64,000 bases of DNA. Source: Nitrobacter sp. Its GTDB lineage: Bacteria > Pseudomonadota > Alphaproteobacteria > Rhizobiales > Xanthobacteraceae. The DNA lies in assembly GCF_051535235.1 (NCBI RefSeq), contig NZ_JBPPLZ010000012.1, positions 801 through 64,800 on the forward strand, read 5' to 3'. How positions within the stretch are numbered: position 1 is the first letter of the stretch; each line of letters begins with the position of its first letter. Below the pieces are notes generated by a model. The model was not told the DNA's origin, searched no databases, and saw only the letters and a list, made by a program, of their open reading frames with translations. Of the stretch, positions 43,096-53,889 are shown one piece after another. The translations under genes were made by a program, and so were the position numbers.

Positions 43096-45258
43096 ATGTC
43101 ACGCTTTACGCGCGCGCTGTGCGCCGCGAGCGCAGTCGCGCTCGTTCTATCCGAAACTGCTTTCGCCCAGTCGCAACTGCCGCCCATCGTTGTCCAAACC
43201 GCGCCTAAAACGGCAAAGCGGATGTCCGCGACACCCCGCACGACACGCCCGGCGGCCGGGGAGGCGCGCGCGACGCGGCACGTGGCTTCACGGCCGCCCG
43301 TTTCATCCGTCCCCTCGGCGGGGGGTAGCCTGACGGTGCCGACCACCGCCCAGGCGATCACCGACATTCAGCGAACACCCGGCGGCGTCGAAGTCGTGCC
43401 GGATACTGCGTTCAAGAACGGACCCGCCAACACGGTAAAGGACGTTCTCGGCTCGGTGCCGGGCGTCATCACGCAGATGCGGTATGGCCCCGATGCCCGG
43501 CTGTCGATTCGTGGCTCCGGACTGTCACGCAACTACGGCAACCGCGGCATCAATCCGTATATGGACGGCATCCCCATCAGCACGTCGGACGGGCTCTTCG
43601 ATCTTTTCGAGGTCGATCCGACAACCTACCGCTATGTCGAGGTGTACAAGGGAGCCAATGCGCTGCGATACGGCGCCAATTCGCTCGGTGGCGCGATCAA
43701 TTTCGTGATGCCGACGGGTCGCGATGCGTCGCCGTTCGAGGCCCGTTTCGACGCCGGCAGCTTCGGCTATGTGAAATCGCAGTTCAGCACCGGCGGCGCC
43801 AACGGACCCTACGACTGGTTCGTCGCAGGATCCGCGCAGCACGAGGACGGTTATCGCGAACACAGCAGCAGTCACGTGGAACGCCTGAACGCCAACGTCG
43901 GCTACAGGTTTTCCCTCGATGCGGAAACGCGTTTCTATGTGAACGCGAGTTCGTGGCGCGCGCGCATTCCGGGCGAGTTGACCAAGGATATGGCGTTGAA
44001 CTCCCCGAGGAGCGCAAACCCGATATGGGTGCAGCAAGACCAGCAACGCAACATCGATTCGATCCGCCTCGCCAACAAGACGACGCTGCATTTCGAGGAC
44101 ACCACCGTGGATTTCGGCATCTTCGGCCTCGAACGCCACGTCATGCATCCGATCTACCAGTGGCTCGATTTCCGCGTTCACGACTACGGCGGCTTTGTAC
44201 GTGCGACTGACGAGCGCCTGATCGGAGGCTTTCGCAACCGCCTCGTCGCCGGGGTCAATCTTCAGAACGGAACGATCGACATCAACTATTTCGCGAACCC
44301 CGCCAATGCGATGAAAGGCCAGCTCACAGCATCCTACCTTTGGACGTCTGAAAACATTCCGCTCTATGCGGAGAATTCGTTCTACGTCCTGCCGGGCGTG
44401 GCGCTGGTGACGGGAGGGCAGTTTCTCCATGCCGTCCGCAGCCAGCACGACCGCTTCCTGGCGGATGGCGACCAGTCCGGCAGCCGAACCTGGGACATCT
44501 TCAGTCCCAAGGTCGGCCTGCTCTGGGACGCGGACCCGAAATGGCAGGTGTTTGGAAACGTTTCGCGCAACGCCGAAGTGCCGACCTTCGATGTGAATAC
44601 CTATCAGGCGCCGGCGAACCCGGACGTCAACGCCCAGACCGGAATTACCTATGAGATCGGCACGCGCGGCCGTACGCCCGACCTGACGTGGGATCTGTCG
44701 CTTTATCGCACCAACCTCAACAACGAATTTCAGTGTCTCACCACCGCACCCTGGAGCCCCTGCACCGTCGTCAATGCCGACCGCACGGTTCATCAGGGCG
44801 TCGAGGCCGCTCTTGGAGTCGCGTTGCTCAGATCGACTGCCGCACCGGATGACCAGATCTGGTTCACTGTCGCCTATACCTATGGCGACTTCCGTTTCCA
44901 CCACGACGCGACATGGGGCAATAACCGCCTGCCCGGCGCGCCGCCGCATTATGTCCGCGCTGAATTGCTGTACAAGCGTCCGGACGGGTTCTACGTCGGA
45001 CCAAACGTCGAATGGATGCCGCACGCCTTCTTCGCCGACAACGCCAACAGCCTGACGGTGGACCCCTATGCGCTGCTCAATTTCAAGCTCGGCGTCGACG
45101 AAGGAAAAAGCTGGTCGTGGTACGTGGAGGCACGCAACCTGTTTGACACACGCTACATCTCGACGACTATTACTGCCGGGAAAGCCAATCCAACCATGGA
45201 GCTGTTCAATCCCGGCACCGGCCGCGCGGTTTACGGCGGCGTGCGATACCGGATGTAG
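43096..45258 (+). CDS. TonB-dependent receptor
   Basis: Signal peptide; plug motifs LSIRGSG and VEVYKGANALRYG; beta-barrel C-terminus. Confidence 0.92.
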   Translation: MSRFTRALCAASAVALVLSETAFAQSQLPPIVVQTAPKTAKRMSATPRTTRPAAGEARATRHVASRPPVSSVPSAGGSLTVPTTAQAITDIQRTPGGVEVVPDTAFKNGPANTVKDVLGSVPGVITQMRYGPDARLSIRGSGLSRNYGNRGINPYMDGIPISTSDGLFDLFEVDPTTYRYVEVYKGANALRYGANSLGGAINFVMPTGRDASPFEARFDAGSFGYVKSQFSTGGANGPYDWFVAGSAQHEDGYREHSSSHVERLNANVGYRFSLDAETRFYVNASSWRARIPGELTKDMALNSPRSANPIWVQQDQQRNIDSIRLANKTTLHFEDTTVDFGIFGLERHVMHPIYQWLDFRVHDYGGFVRATDERLIGGFRNRLVAGVNLQNGTIDINYFANPANAMKGQLTASYLWTSENIPLYAENSFYVLPGVALVTGGQFLHAVRSQHDRFLADGDQSGSRTWDIFSPKVGLLWDADPKWQVFGNVSRNAEVPTFDVNTYQAPANPDVNAQTGITYEIGTRGRTPDLTWDLSLYRTNLNNEFQCLTTAPWSPCTVVNADRTVHQGVEAALGVALLRSTAAPDDQIWFTVAYTYGDFRFHHDATWGNNRLPGAPPHYVRAELLYKRPDGFYVGPNVEWMPHAFFADNANSLTVDPYALLNFKLGVDEGKSWSWYVEARNLFDTRYISTTITAGKANPTMELFNPGTGRAVYGGVRYRM

Positions 45259-45259
45259 G

Positions 45260-45820
45260 ATCGGGACCGGCTGTCGGAGGCGCCCCTGACAGCCGAACCC
45301 GCGCGGGGCGATGGCGAGCAGCGGACCGGCAAACGCGGCGGCACATATTTGCTCCAGCCGAGCAGCGGGGCGACGTCCGGCGCCATGCCGGGGTTCTGGG
45401 GAAAGACCGTTACATCGTCGGCAGGCTGCCGATCGATCACGGTCAGCCGCGTGTCGATCGTGGTGCCGTGCTTCGCATAGACGGCACCCTCTATCGCCGA
45501 CGAGAAGACGAGGCGGCTTCCTGCACGTATACGAACACATCACGCCACGCCGGAGTGTCGGCGGCGAAACTCGCTCCGGTGATCGCAACCACGCGCGCCG
45601 TCGGATAGTCGTGCCAGCGCCGACACGACGTGTCGCAGGCTCGCATCTGCCCTGCGGCGATCGACATGCGCGAGCGCCGAAAACGGCGGGTTCATCAGAA
45701 CTACACTCGGCACAATGCCAGGATCGAGATCGCCGGGCCGAACTTGCGCAGGAACAAGAGCGTCGCCACTCGCAGGCGTCGTAAGCGTCTTCCACCTCCA
45801 TGCGCCATCGGCGACGCCCC
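45260..45820 (-). pseudogene. fragmented ICE methylase / strawberry-notch-like gene
   Basis: Minus-strand fragments in different frames: AYDAC.., LLFLRKFGPA, VVLMNPPFS (N6-MTase motif at 45681-45692), VYAKHGTTIDTRLTVIDR. Confidence 0.7.
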
Positions 45821-45995
45821 GCGTGACACGCCCGGCTGCCGGGAGGCGCGAGTGCGGCTCCGGACGTGGGTGTTCACTTGGCGGCTTTAGGGCCCCGCCC
45901 GCGGATGATGGGCAGTTGACGCATACCAGCCATCGTCGCGCTGTGACAGAAAAATACCTTTTGGGCTTCGGTGCGGTAGCGGGACTCGTTCATGG

Positions 45996-47642
45996 TCACT
46001 CTGCTGCGATTGCGACTGGCTCATGCGCCGTGTGGCCGTCGCCTTTGCGGATGGACCAGATGCTATCGGCGGGGCCGTGCTTGACGCGCCACGCAGTGGC
46101 GGTCGCCATCCAGGCGAAGCACAGCGCGCCGATGAAGGCGACGACATCGACGCCAATGGTCGCGGCGCTGCCATGCGCCCACATGCCGAGTGCCGGAAAC
46201 AGCTGCGCGGCAAGCGTGGTCAGCGGGATCGCCATCGTCGTCAACGCGCAAAGCCATAGCAGATGCACGGCCGAGCGCGCCGCGCCCCATGCGAAGGCCC
46301 ATGCGAGCGAGCCGAAGAACACAGCATAGTAGACATATGCATGCCATGCGTTCAGATTGGCGACGCGGCCATGCAGCCACTTGGCCGCAACGATGGTGAG
46401 CGACAGGCCCGCGACGCAGCCGAGGCACACGCCCACGGTCGCGCTGCCTAAAAGGCGCGTCGAGCGCGATTGCTTGGCCTCCCCGCCCTTGCGCGCCTTC
46501 TTCCGACGCGTCTCGATCCACAGCAGGTTGCCCGAATAGAACAGCCATGCCCCGGAAAATCCGAGGAAGAAATAGGCCCATGTGATCGTTGATCCGCCAT
46601 ATTCCCCGGTGTGCAGGGCGAGGATTGTTGTTCCGACTCGTCGATCCATATCCTGGCGTGATGCACGGTTATCCTTGATGAGCGTGCCGGTCACGGCGCT
46701 GAGAATCACGCCTCCAAAGCGGGTATCCCCGACGTAGCCGCGCTCGGCTCCGGCGAATTTCACAGCGGCGGCCTTGTCTCCGAAATTCCTGAAGACCATG
46801 ACTTTGGGCTCAAAATCGGTCACCTGGGCGTTCAGGCGCTGGAGCAACTGCGTGGGCGGCATCATGACACCCGCTTCCCCGATCGGCCTTGGCGCGCGCC
46901 ATCGCTCGAGATCGCGTGCCATCATCACCTTTTGCTTGCCGCCAAAAACCACACTCTCCTGTGCCGACCAGAGCGGCCCTCCGAAGCCCCATGCGGTGGC
47001 GGTCACCGCAATCACAAGGTGAAACGGGAGCGCTGTAATCCCGACGACGTTGTGCGCGTCCAGCCACATGCGCTTGAGGTTTTTGCCGATACGCAGCGCC
47101 AGGAAATCCTTGACGAGCGACGGCAGCAGCGAGATCACCCCCGCGATCAGCGCCACGCCGTAGAGCAGCGAGACCACCCCCATGAAATACGATCCCCAAG
47201 GGTCTGGAATCCCGACGCGCATATGAACCGTATTGATGAGCTCTGCCAGTTCGGACGGCTCCTCCTGCTTGGCCAGCAGCGTGCCATCGGGCTTGAGCGT
47301 CGCCCACCAGTGAACATGCCCATGCGGCTGACCCGCCTCATGCGGTGTATCTTCTTTCCAAGTCACCCGCGCGGGTTCGTTCTCGTGCCCCCGCAGATGC
47401 AGCGTGATGCCTTCTTCCCGCGCTTCAGGATGGGCGGCGGCTACCAGTTCGAGGAGACGGGGGGCATCGTCCAAGGGAACCGCTGCCACACCCACGGCGG
47501 GCGGCGACGCCCAGCGCGCGATCGGCTCCTGAAACATGGTGAGCGCGCCCGCATAGAAGGCGATGAACAGCGCGAAGCCGCAAGTAATGCCGATCCATGT
47601 GTGGACGGTCTTGTAGAGCTTGACGATATCGGCGCGGATCAT
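45996..47642 (-). CDS. PepSY-associated TM helix domain protein
   Basis: VHTWIG, WLDAHNVVG, LHTGEYGG, YSGNLLW. Confidence 0.88.
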   Translation of the reverse strand: MIRADIVKLYKTVHTWIGITCGFALFIAFYAGALTMFQEPIARWASPPAVGVAAVPLDDAPRLLELVAAAHPEAREEGITLHLRGHENEPARVTWKEDTPHEAGQPHGHVHWWATLKPDGTLLAKQEEPSELAELINTVHMRVGIPDPWGSYFMGVVSLLYGVALIAGVISLLPSLVKDFLALRIGKNLKRMWLDAHNVVGITALPFHLVIAVTATAWGFGGPLWSAQESVVFGGKQKVMMARDLERWRAPRPIGEAGVMMPPTQLLQRLNAQVTDFEPKVMVFRNFGDKAAAVKFAGAERGYVGDTRFGGVILSAVTGTLIKDNRASRQDMDRRVGTTILALHTGEYGGSTITWAYFFLGFSGAWLFYSGNLLWIETRRKKARKGGEAKQSRSTRLLGSATVGVCLGCVAGLSLTIVAAKWLHGRVANLNAWHAYVYYAVFFGSLAWAFAWGAARSAVHLLWLCALTTMAIPLTTLAAQLFPALGMWAHGSAATIGVDVVAFIGALCFAWMATATAWRVKHGPADSIWSIRKGDGHTAHEPVAIAAE

Positions 47643-47649
47643 GCTGCCC

Positions 47650-47943
47650 TCACGCGAAGAACCAGAAGCGGCAGGCAAACAGCGCCGCGAAGGCGAGCAG
47701 ATTCGCCGCGCCGAGCCACGTCCAGGCCGCGGGACCGCTGCGAAACAAAAAGCAGAAGCCGAACACAGCGATCCAGACGAATGCTTCCAGATGGCGCATC
47801 AGCGCGTAGCGCCCGGTCGGAGCGTCGATGCCGCCCGGTCCCAGATAGGCGTAGAGACCGACCAGCGAGAGCGCCAGGCCCAAACCAAGGATGGCGCCGG
47901 CGCCGGCCTTTGCCCAGTCGTCGGGACGAATATCTCCCGCCAT
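47650..47943 (-). CDS. small membrane protein of the iron-uptake operon
   Basis: 3 TM helices; FLFRSG..AW.WLGAAN. Confidence 0.7.
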   Translation of the reverse strand: MAGDIRPDDWAKAGAGAILGLGLALSLVGLYAYLGPGGIDAPTGRYALMRHLEAFVWIAVFGFCFLFRSGPAAWTWLGAANLLAFAALFACRFWFFA

Positions 47944-47944
47944 G

Positions 47945-48211
47945 TCAGTTGCTCCGCCACACGCCGCGAAGCGCGGCGGCATAGGGGAAGACGAACAGGC
48001 AGACCATCGCGACATGCAGGGTCACGAACAGGCCGGACAGCGGACGAAATGCTGTGATCCATGCGATGAGGCCGGCCACCAGCAGCAGGCTCCCCGCCGC
48101 CAACAACAGTCGCCGCGGAGGAGCCTGCGACAACCATTTCTGGTTGGGGCTGGCGAGGTAGAGGCACGCACAGCCTGGAACAGTCAAGGCCAATGCCAGC
48201 ACCACGATCAT
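47945..48211 (-). CDS. small membrane protein of the iron-uptake operon
   Basis: LYLASPNQKW motif; 3 TM helices; tightly packed with its neighbours. Confidence 0.7.
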   Translation of the reverse strand: MIVVLALALTVPGCACLYLASPNQKWLSQAPPRRLLLAAGSLLLVAGLIAWITAFRPLSGLFVTLHVAMVCLFVFPYAAALRGVWRSN

Positions 48212-48214
48212 GGT

Positions 48215-50761
48215 TCAGAAATTGAACGTGGTCGACAGGCGATAAGTGCGCGGATCGCTCTTATAAACACTTCCAATAACATGCATCACCTTCCAGTAGC
48301 TGTCGTCAAAGACGTTATCGACGTTGAAGCGGACGATGATGGGCTTGGCGTTCCACGGCGATGCGAAGGTGTAGCGCGCGCCGAGATCGACCTGCGTCCA
48401 TGATGGGACGGTCAGATTCGGTGCGGAGTTGGCGACCACGACATCGCTGGTATAGGTCAGTCGCCCGGTTACTGTCAGACCATCGATAAACGGCGTGTCC
48501 CATTCACCGCCGATCACAGCCCGAAAGTCTGGAGCGCCGGCGGCTCTCCTGCCGTCAAAGGTGCCATTTTGGGTTTTCGTTCGGCGAGCGTCGAGGAAGG
48601 TAACGCCGCCAAGCAGTCTGACGCCCTCGAACAACTCGCCATAGGCATTCAGTTCGATACCGCGGTTTCTCTGTTCGCCGTCCAGCGCCAGCGTCGGCAA
48701 CCCGCCATTGGGATTGGGAACGGAGAGCGTGCTCGGCTGGCTGATCTGGAACGCCGCCAAAGTCGTCGTCACGCGGCCCCAATCGACCTTCACGCCCGTC
48801 TCATACTGCTTGCTCTGGTACGGCGGGAATACCGCCCCGCTATTGGCGTAATTACTGCTGGCGGTCGTGCCCGGTTGTAGATTTTCGATATAGTTTGCGT
48901 AGAGGGAAACCTTTTCCCAGGGCTTTACGACGATCGCATAGGATGGGGACCACGCCGATGCCTTGTAATCTCCGGCAGAGCCGACGATGCTAATTCCGCC
49001 AAGGTATTTCGTCTGTATTTCTTGATAGCGGACACCGGCCGTAAACTGAATTCGCCCATCAAGGACGGACAGCGTGTCGGCCATGCCGATGCTCGAGAGG
49101 TTGATCTCATTCGCTTTACGAGGATTTCCTGGATCTCCCGGCATCGGGGCAAGCGAGAAATCCGGATTGTAGATGGTTCCGACCGGGACAATCGGGCCGA
49201 CACCACTGGTCGACCTGGCCTGATCAGTAAAGCTGGCGGCGTATTGAACCTGCGACAGATCGAGGCTGAGCGCATGAGCGATGGGACCTGTATCCGCGGT
49301 GGCCCTGACACCACCCTGCATGGACAGGACATCGTAGCGCTCGCGATACGATTGTGATCGAATACCGATCGCACCGGAAGGGTTCAGCAATGTGACATTT
49401 CCCACATTGCCGAAGGCGTCGTATCGTTGTTGACCGATCGCCCCGTAGGCCGTCACATTGTCCAGAATGTCGACTTCGCCCTTCACCATACCCAGCGTGA
49501 TCTCGTGTTCGGATCGCCCCCATGGTGGCGAGAGAGGTAGGCTGGTGCTCGGCGCCGAGGGAACCTGTCTGAGATTTGCCAGGCCGCCGGATACGTTGCC
49601 GAGGTCCATGTTCCTGGCGGGCGCGGTCAGGCTTTGGAACTGATTTGCAAAGTCTGCCGACAGCCGGACCCGTTCGCCACGGTAATCGAGATTCAATGCC
49701 GCGTTCCGGAACTTCGACTGCTGGGTATCCACCGCCGTATCTCCCCCGTCGAGGGAGCCGTTGAAACGGATGCCGAACTCCTTGTTATCGCCAAAGCGTC
49801 GACCTAGATCGACATGAGCGCCGAACCGCGAGTCCGACATATAGCGGGTGGTCAATTGCGTCAGCGGTTCGTCGCTGGCCTTCTTGGTGACGAGATTGAC
49901 AGAACCTCCCAGAGCCCCTTGCCCGGCGAAAGCTGCGCCCTTCAAGAGAGCAGCAGGGCCCCTCAGCACTTCGACACGTTCGATCCAATCGGTGCTCGGG
50001 AATTGCATCGGCGACATCGCCGGCAACCCGTTCAGACTATGCCCCGCCGCGTAAGTCTGGGTCATGAAGCCTCGAAAGCTCCAGAACTCATTTGTGCTGC
50101 CTGCGGGACCCGAACTCGTGATTACCGAAGATTCATTGGCCAAGACGTCCGACAGCGTGCGCGCCTGCTGGTCCTCGATCAGCTTCTTGGTATAGCTCGC
50201 CTGGCTGAACGGCGTGTTCATCACGTCGCGATTACCAAGCATGCCGAGTTGGCCACCCGTCGCCACCTGCCCGCCAGCATAAGCCGGCATCGGCGTCATG
50301 GTCGAATTGGGATTGCCGGCGCCTTGCACATCGATCGTGTCGAGCGGAATCGCGCCAGCCGGCAATACGCCGCCGGCGACCGCAGCACCCGGACGTTCGA
50401 TCGCTACGGTGCTCGCATTGGTAAAACGATAGGTGAGTCCGGTTCCGGACAAGAGGCGATCGAGCGCGACCGCAGGCGTCAATACGCCGCGGACGCCGGA
50501 CGAACTCTTGCCGGATGCCAGGGTCTGATCGATGAAGATTTGTACGCGGGTCTGCCGCGAAAACGCGATGAGCGCGCTGGCCAGTCCCTGCGGCGGAATA
50601 TTCAGTTCGCGGATGCCAGTGCTCGCATCGACGCGGGTGGGTTGCACGTTCTGGGCCTTCGCGATATCGGCGGCCGTTGCCGACGCAATCGCGGTTCCTG
50701 CCATCAGTAGTGTCCGAAACCAAGTAAGACGCGCGTTCCGGCTTCCGTTCTCACATCTCAT
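48215..50761 (-). CDS. TonB-dependent siderophore receptor with STN signalling domain
   Basis: STN domain (IPPQGLASAL...LLSGTGL); ERVEVLRGP; C-terminal F. Confidence 0.92.
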   Translation of the reverse strand: MRCENGSRNARLTWFRTLLMAGTAIASATAADIAKAQNVQPTRVDASTGIRELNIPPQGLASALIAFSRQTRVQIFIDQTLASGKSSSGVRGVLTPAVALDRLLSGTGLTYRFTNASTVAIERPGAAVAGGVLPAGAIPLDTIDVQGAGNPNSTMTPMPAYAGGQVATGGQLGMLGNRDVMNTPFSQASYTKKLIEDQQARTLSDVLANESSVITSSGPAGSTNEFWSFRGFMTQTYAAGHSLNGLPAMSPMQFPSTDWIERVEVLRGPAALLKGAAFAGQGALGGSVNLVTKKASDEPLTQLTTRYMSDSRFGAHVDLGRRFGDNKEFGIRFNGSLDGGDTAVDTQQSKFRNAALNLDYRGERVRLSADFANQFQSLTAPARNMDLGNVSGGLANLRQVPSAPSTSLPLSPPWGRSEHEITLGMVKGEVDILDNVTAYGAIGQQRYDAFGNVGNVTLLNPSGAIGIRSQSYRERYDVLSMQGGVRATADTGPIAHALSLDLSQVQYAASFTDQARSTSGVGPIVPVGTIYNPDFSLAPMPGDPGNPRKANEINLSSIGMADTLSVLDGRIQFTAGVRYQEIQTKYLGGISIVGSAGDYKASAWSPSYAIVVKPWEKVSLYANYIENLQPGTTASSNYANSGAVFPPYQSKQYETGVKVDWGRVTTTLAAFQISQPSTLSVPNPNGGLPTLALDGEQRNRGIELNAYGELFEGVRLLGGVTFLDARRTKTQNGTFDGRRAAGAPDFRAVIGGEWDTPFIDGLTVTGRLTYTSDVVVANSAPNLTVPSWTQVDLGARYTFASPWNAKPIIVRFNVDNVFDDSYWKVMHVIGSVYKSDPRTYRLSTTFNF

Positions 50762-50855
50762 GCCCAATCGCCCCCGTCTTCAACATTGTTACAGGAGGTC
50801 AGCGAGCCCGGCGCTGCCTCCTCTGTGTTGAAGACGACGGAATTGAGAAAGATAA

Positions 50856-51827
50856 TTAGTCGCCCGCCGAACTTTTTTCGGCGTCGTTGTTTGGAATGAT
50901 GATAGTCAGCAGGCCGGCGGCGCGATAGACACGCAGCGACAGGGATTCAGCGATGGTATCGAGCGCGGCATCCGCGTTGTGAGCGTCGAACACTGCAGTG
51001 ACCCGCCGCTGGCCCAGCGCACCGCCAATCAAGGCAATGCGGCCGGAGCGGTAGCGCTGAAGCTCAGCGAGCACCGCGTCGAGGGGGACATTGCGGAAGA
51101 CGAGTTGGCCCTGGCGCCACGCCTGGATGGAATCCAGATCGGCCGCGCTGACGGCGGAAATCCCATCTGCATCGTAGCGAACTGTCTGACCTTGCGTGAC
51201 GACGACCGGCGCACTTGAGGTGGTGCCGGCACGGGCAGAGACGAGGACTGCGTTCCGTGTGACCGCCACGATGACGCCATCGGCGATCTTGACGTCAAAC
51301 GCAGTGCCGAGGACTTTGACTTCGCCGTTCTCGGCCGCAACGACGAATGGCCGGGCCGCGTCCTTTGTTACAGTAAAGAACGCCTCGCCCGTCAGAAGTT
51401 TGACCCTGCGCTCACCGGCGCTGAAGGCGACATCAAGCGCGCTCGCCGTGCCGAGTTCGACCTGGGAACCGTCTTGCAGCGCGATCGCCCGGCGTTCGCC
51501 GACCGCCGTCCGATAGTCGGCGAGCATACCGATCGGAGTCATCTGCCAGGCGATCCCGAGCACAGCCAGCAGCACGGCCACCGCGGCGATCCCTTTTAGC
51601 CGGCCCGCTCGCCTCGGTTTACGCCGCAACCGGGCCGCGTCCGGCGCCAGCGCATCGAGACCGCCCCACATCCGCTCCACAGAGCGCCACGCCGCTTCAT
51701 GCGCCGGGTCGGCGGCAAGCCAGTTCGCGAACGCGCTCCGATCTTCGGCCGTCGCATCGTCATCGCGCAGAAGGACGAACCACTGGACAGCCTGATCGTC
51801 CACGGACTGCATGTCATTCTTGTTCAT
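50856..51827 (-). CDS. FecR family anti-sigma/sensor
   Basis: AVQWF..L, W...DPAH..AW, TAVGE....LQDGS, GEAFF, LGTAF. Confidence 0.92.
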   Translation of the reverse strand: MNKNDMQSVDDQAVQWFVLLRDDDATAEDRSAFANWLAADPAHEAAWRSVERMWGGLDALAPDAARLRRKPRRAGRLKGIAAVAVLLAVLGIAWQMTPIGMLADYRTAVGERRAIALQDGSQVELGTASALDVAFSAGERRVKLLTGEAFFTVTKDAARPFVVAAENGEVKVLGTAFDVKIADGVIVAVTRNAVLVSARAGTTSSAPVVVTQGQTVRYDADGISAVSAADLDSIQAWRQGQLVFRNVPLDAVLAELQRYRSGRIALIGGALGQRRVTAVFDAHNADAALDTIAESLSLRVYRAAGLLTIIIPNNDAEKSSAGD

Positions 51828-51965
51828 GCGGCCTCAGGAGGTGCGACGATTTCGCGGTCAATGTTCGACCATAATGCAAGAAGGATTCCCCGGCGATTCG
51901 ATCTCGCGCGAGATTCGAATACTGCCCAGCTTATAAGACTAAGACGTTATTGTACGGAAAACCAA

Positions 51966-52481
51966 TTAGCCCTTCGGCAAAGAAACTTCACTGAAGCGGG
52001 CTTTCAGGCAGGAAACGGCTTTCACCATATGAACCGTGATCGTGTTCTTGGCGACGCCCAAACGGTCGGCAATCTCCGCGTAGCTCAAGCCTTCGAACTT
52101 ATGGAGGATGAGCACCTCGCGGCAACGTGGCGGCAGGTCGGCGAGCGCCGCGTGCAGCGCCTGAAACTCCTGCCGCGAGATCAGCACGGCGTCTGGCAGC
52201 GGCGCTGGATCGACGATGTTCTCATCCAGTGCAACGGCGTTGCCGAGCGCATTCCGGTGTCGCCGGCGCGCGGTATCGACAGTGAGATTCCTTGTGGTGC
52301 GGAAAAGGTAGCTACGCAGGTCGCGCACCTCTTCGAGAGGGGCGCCGAGCAGACGCAGAAACGCCTCCTGGACGAGATCGGCGGCGGCTGTCCTGGACAT
52401 GCCTTGTCGCATCAGGAGGCGTTGAAGCTTCCCTTGTTCGTCAGCATAAAGCGCCGCCAAATTGGTTGTCAGGTCGCTCAT
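51966..52481 (-). CDS. FecI-like ECF sigma factor
   Basis: DLVQEAFLRL; LPPRCREVL...GLSYAEIADRLG. Confidence 0.9.
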   Translation of the reverse strand: MSDLTTNLAALYADEQGKLQRLLMRQGMSRTAAADLVQEAFLRLLGAPLEEVRDLRSYLFRTTRNLTVDTARRRHRNALGNAVALDENIVDPAPLPDAVLISRQEFQALHAALADLPPRCREVLILHKFEGLSYAEIADRLGVAKNTITVHMVKAVSCLKARFSEVSLPKG

Positions 52482-52576
52482 AACGCAACACCGGGGCTAA
52501 CGGTCCGGCAGCCCGCGTCGTTGGGACCGCTCGCCACACGAATAGCGGGCGAACGCTTTTCCCGCAAACTCAATGA

Positions 52577-52593
52577 TTTAGATTGAATCTAGA
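52577..52593. promoter_or_regulatory. Irr iron control element (ICE-box)-like site
   Basis: TTTAGAT-tga-ATCTAGA resembles TTTAGAA-N3-TTCTAAA; about 95 bp upstream of the FecI-like gene. Confidence 0.6.
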
Positions 52594-52699
52594 GTGATGG
52601 TCAGGTTACCGAAAGTCGGTGCCGATGGAGTTTAATTGCTTCTTCATCGAGCGACCGTGATCGAGGTTGCCGATCGTATCCACGGTGCGTAGGACGACA

Positions 52700-52824
52700 T
52701 CAAATCTCCACGGTCAGCAGGTGTTGGCTTCGGTCGAAACCTCTCCATGGCAAGACGAGCCGCCGTCTCCTTGAGCGACTGCGGAAGTTGCAGCGGGTGT
52801 TTCGTAGCGTTGTGTTTGCGTCAT
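52700..52824 (-). pseudogene. RHH/HicB-like antitoxin fragment
   Basis: ATG overlaps the toxin stop (ATGA); frameshifted HPLQLPQSLKETAARLAME. Confidence 0.5.
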
Positions 52825-53000
52825 GCGTTGAATCTCCTGACGATCTCGCCTGGCGTTGCAATGGTGACGCCCAACCTGAGCGCCGAGCGAAAGTCCCTGA
52901 CGTTTTGCGCACAATTGGCATCGGCCTGTCCGTTCAAAGCGACCTCAAGAACCATCTCATTCGCAACATCGAACAACATCGGTCGAGTCCGAAGGCTGCT
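52821..53000 (-). pseudogene. PIN-family toxin C-terminal fragment
   Basis: RPMLFDVANEMVLEVALNGQAD...NVRDF...TPGE; N-terminus missing. Confidence 0.6.
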
Positions 53001-53079
53001 CATTCGGCTCAAGATACGGAGATTGCTGTTTTGGTGCAGAGCCGTGTCATCCTGCGAAACGCGCTCATTAGGATGATCG

Positions 53080-53830
53080 ACGAGGGAGCGGTGCGACGCA
53101 GTGCGGCGCGATGGCGGATGCCGTGCGCACCGACATGGGGAATGCAGGCGCACTGTAAAATGCGCCGCCACCCATGATGATAGGTGTGGTTCATCATCGG
53201 CTTTGTGCGATCGAAGATTGACGGGCAGACGAGTGGAGAGCTTTCGAAGCGCGGAGCATTGCAGCCGATGGGCTTTGTCGCTCAATGGCTTCGTCATCTT
53301 ACCCGTCTTGCTGTCCGGCCAACTCACGCGCCGCTGTTCGAAATCGACCCAGTCCCATTTGAGCATCAGCACCTCGGATATGCAGGTCGCAAACTCAAAT
53401 TGGAGCCGGATCGCGAGCGTGATGGAAGGATGCTTCAATCCTTCTCGGTCGGCACGATCCATCTGGGCGAAGGGCTTCTGTAGTTCTTCGTCGGTGACGA
53501 ACCGCGTCGTTCCTGTCTCGCCGTACTTCTGAACGTGCCTGCATGGATTGGAGCCGTCGGACGATACCCCCATAATTTGGCGAGCTTGAACATCTTCTGC
53601 AGGCAGGCGAGCGTTCAATCGGCATTGCCTGACCGGTCCGCGAGACCCGTCATCAACTCCGAGATGTGGGCGCATGTAACTTCATGCGCCTTGAGGCGGT
53701 CGATGCGCGAAAGGATATGGTTCTTGATTTATGATTCATTGGTGGCGACGGTCGAAAGCTTGTTGTGCAGCTCGAATGCCCCTCGATAAAACTTGGTGCA
53801 TAGCTTCTTCCTTGTCGGAGTTGCGCCTGC
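53080..53830 (-). pseudogene. tyrosine integrase remnant
   Basis: LAIRLQFEFA..ISEV...WDWVDF...WPDSKTG and HVGAHGIRHR in different frames; catalytic R lost. Confidence 0.75.
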
Positions 53831-53889
53831 GGCCGACTTCTCTGCACTCGGGTCGCGACCGCAGCGCGAAGCGAGCGGTCGACAGCAGA

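Noticed and set aside
52821-53675. 284-aa ORF that looks like an integrase-PIN fusion
   Set aside because: Chance read-through across two decayed genes; catalytic motifs are lost or out of frame
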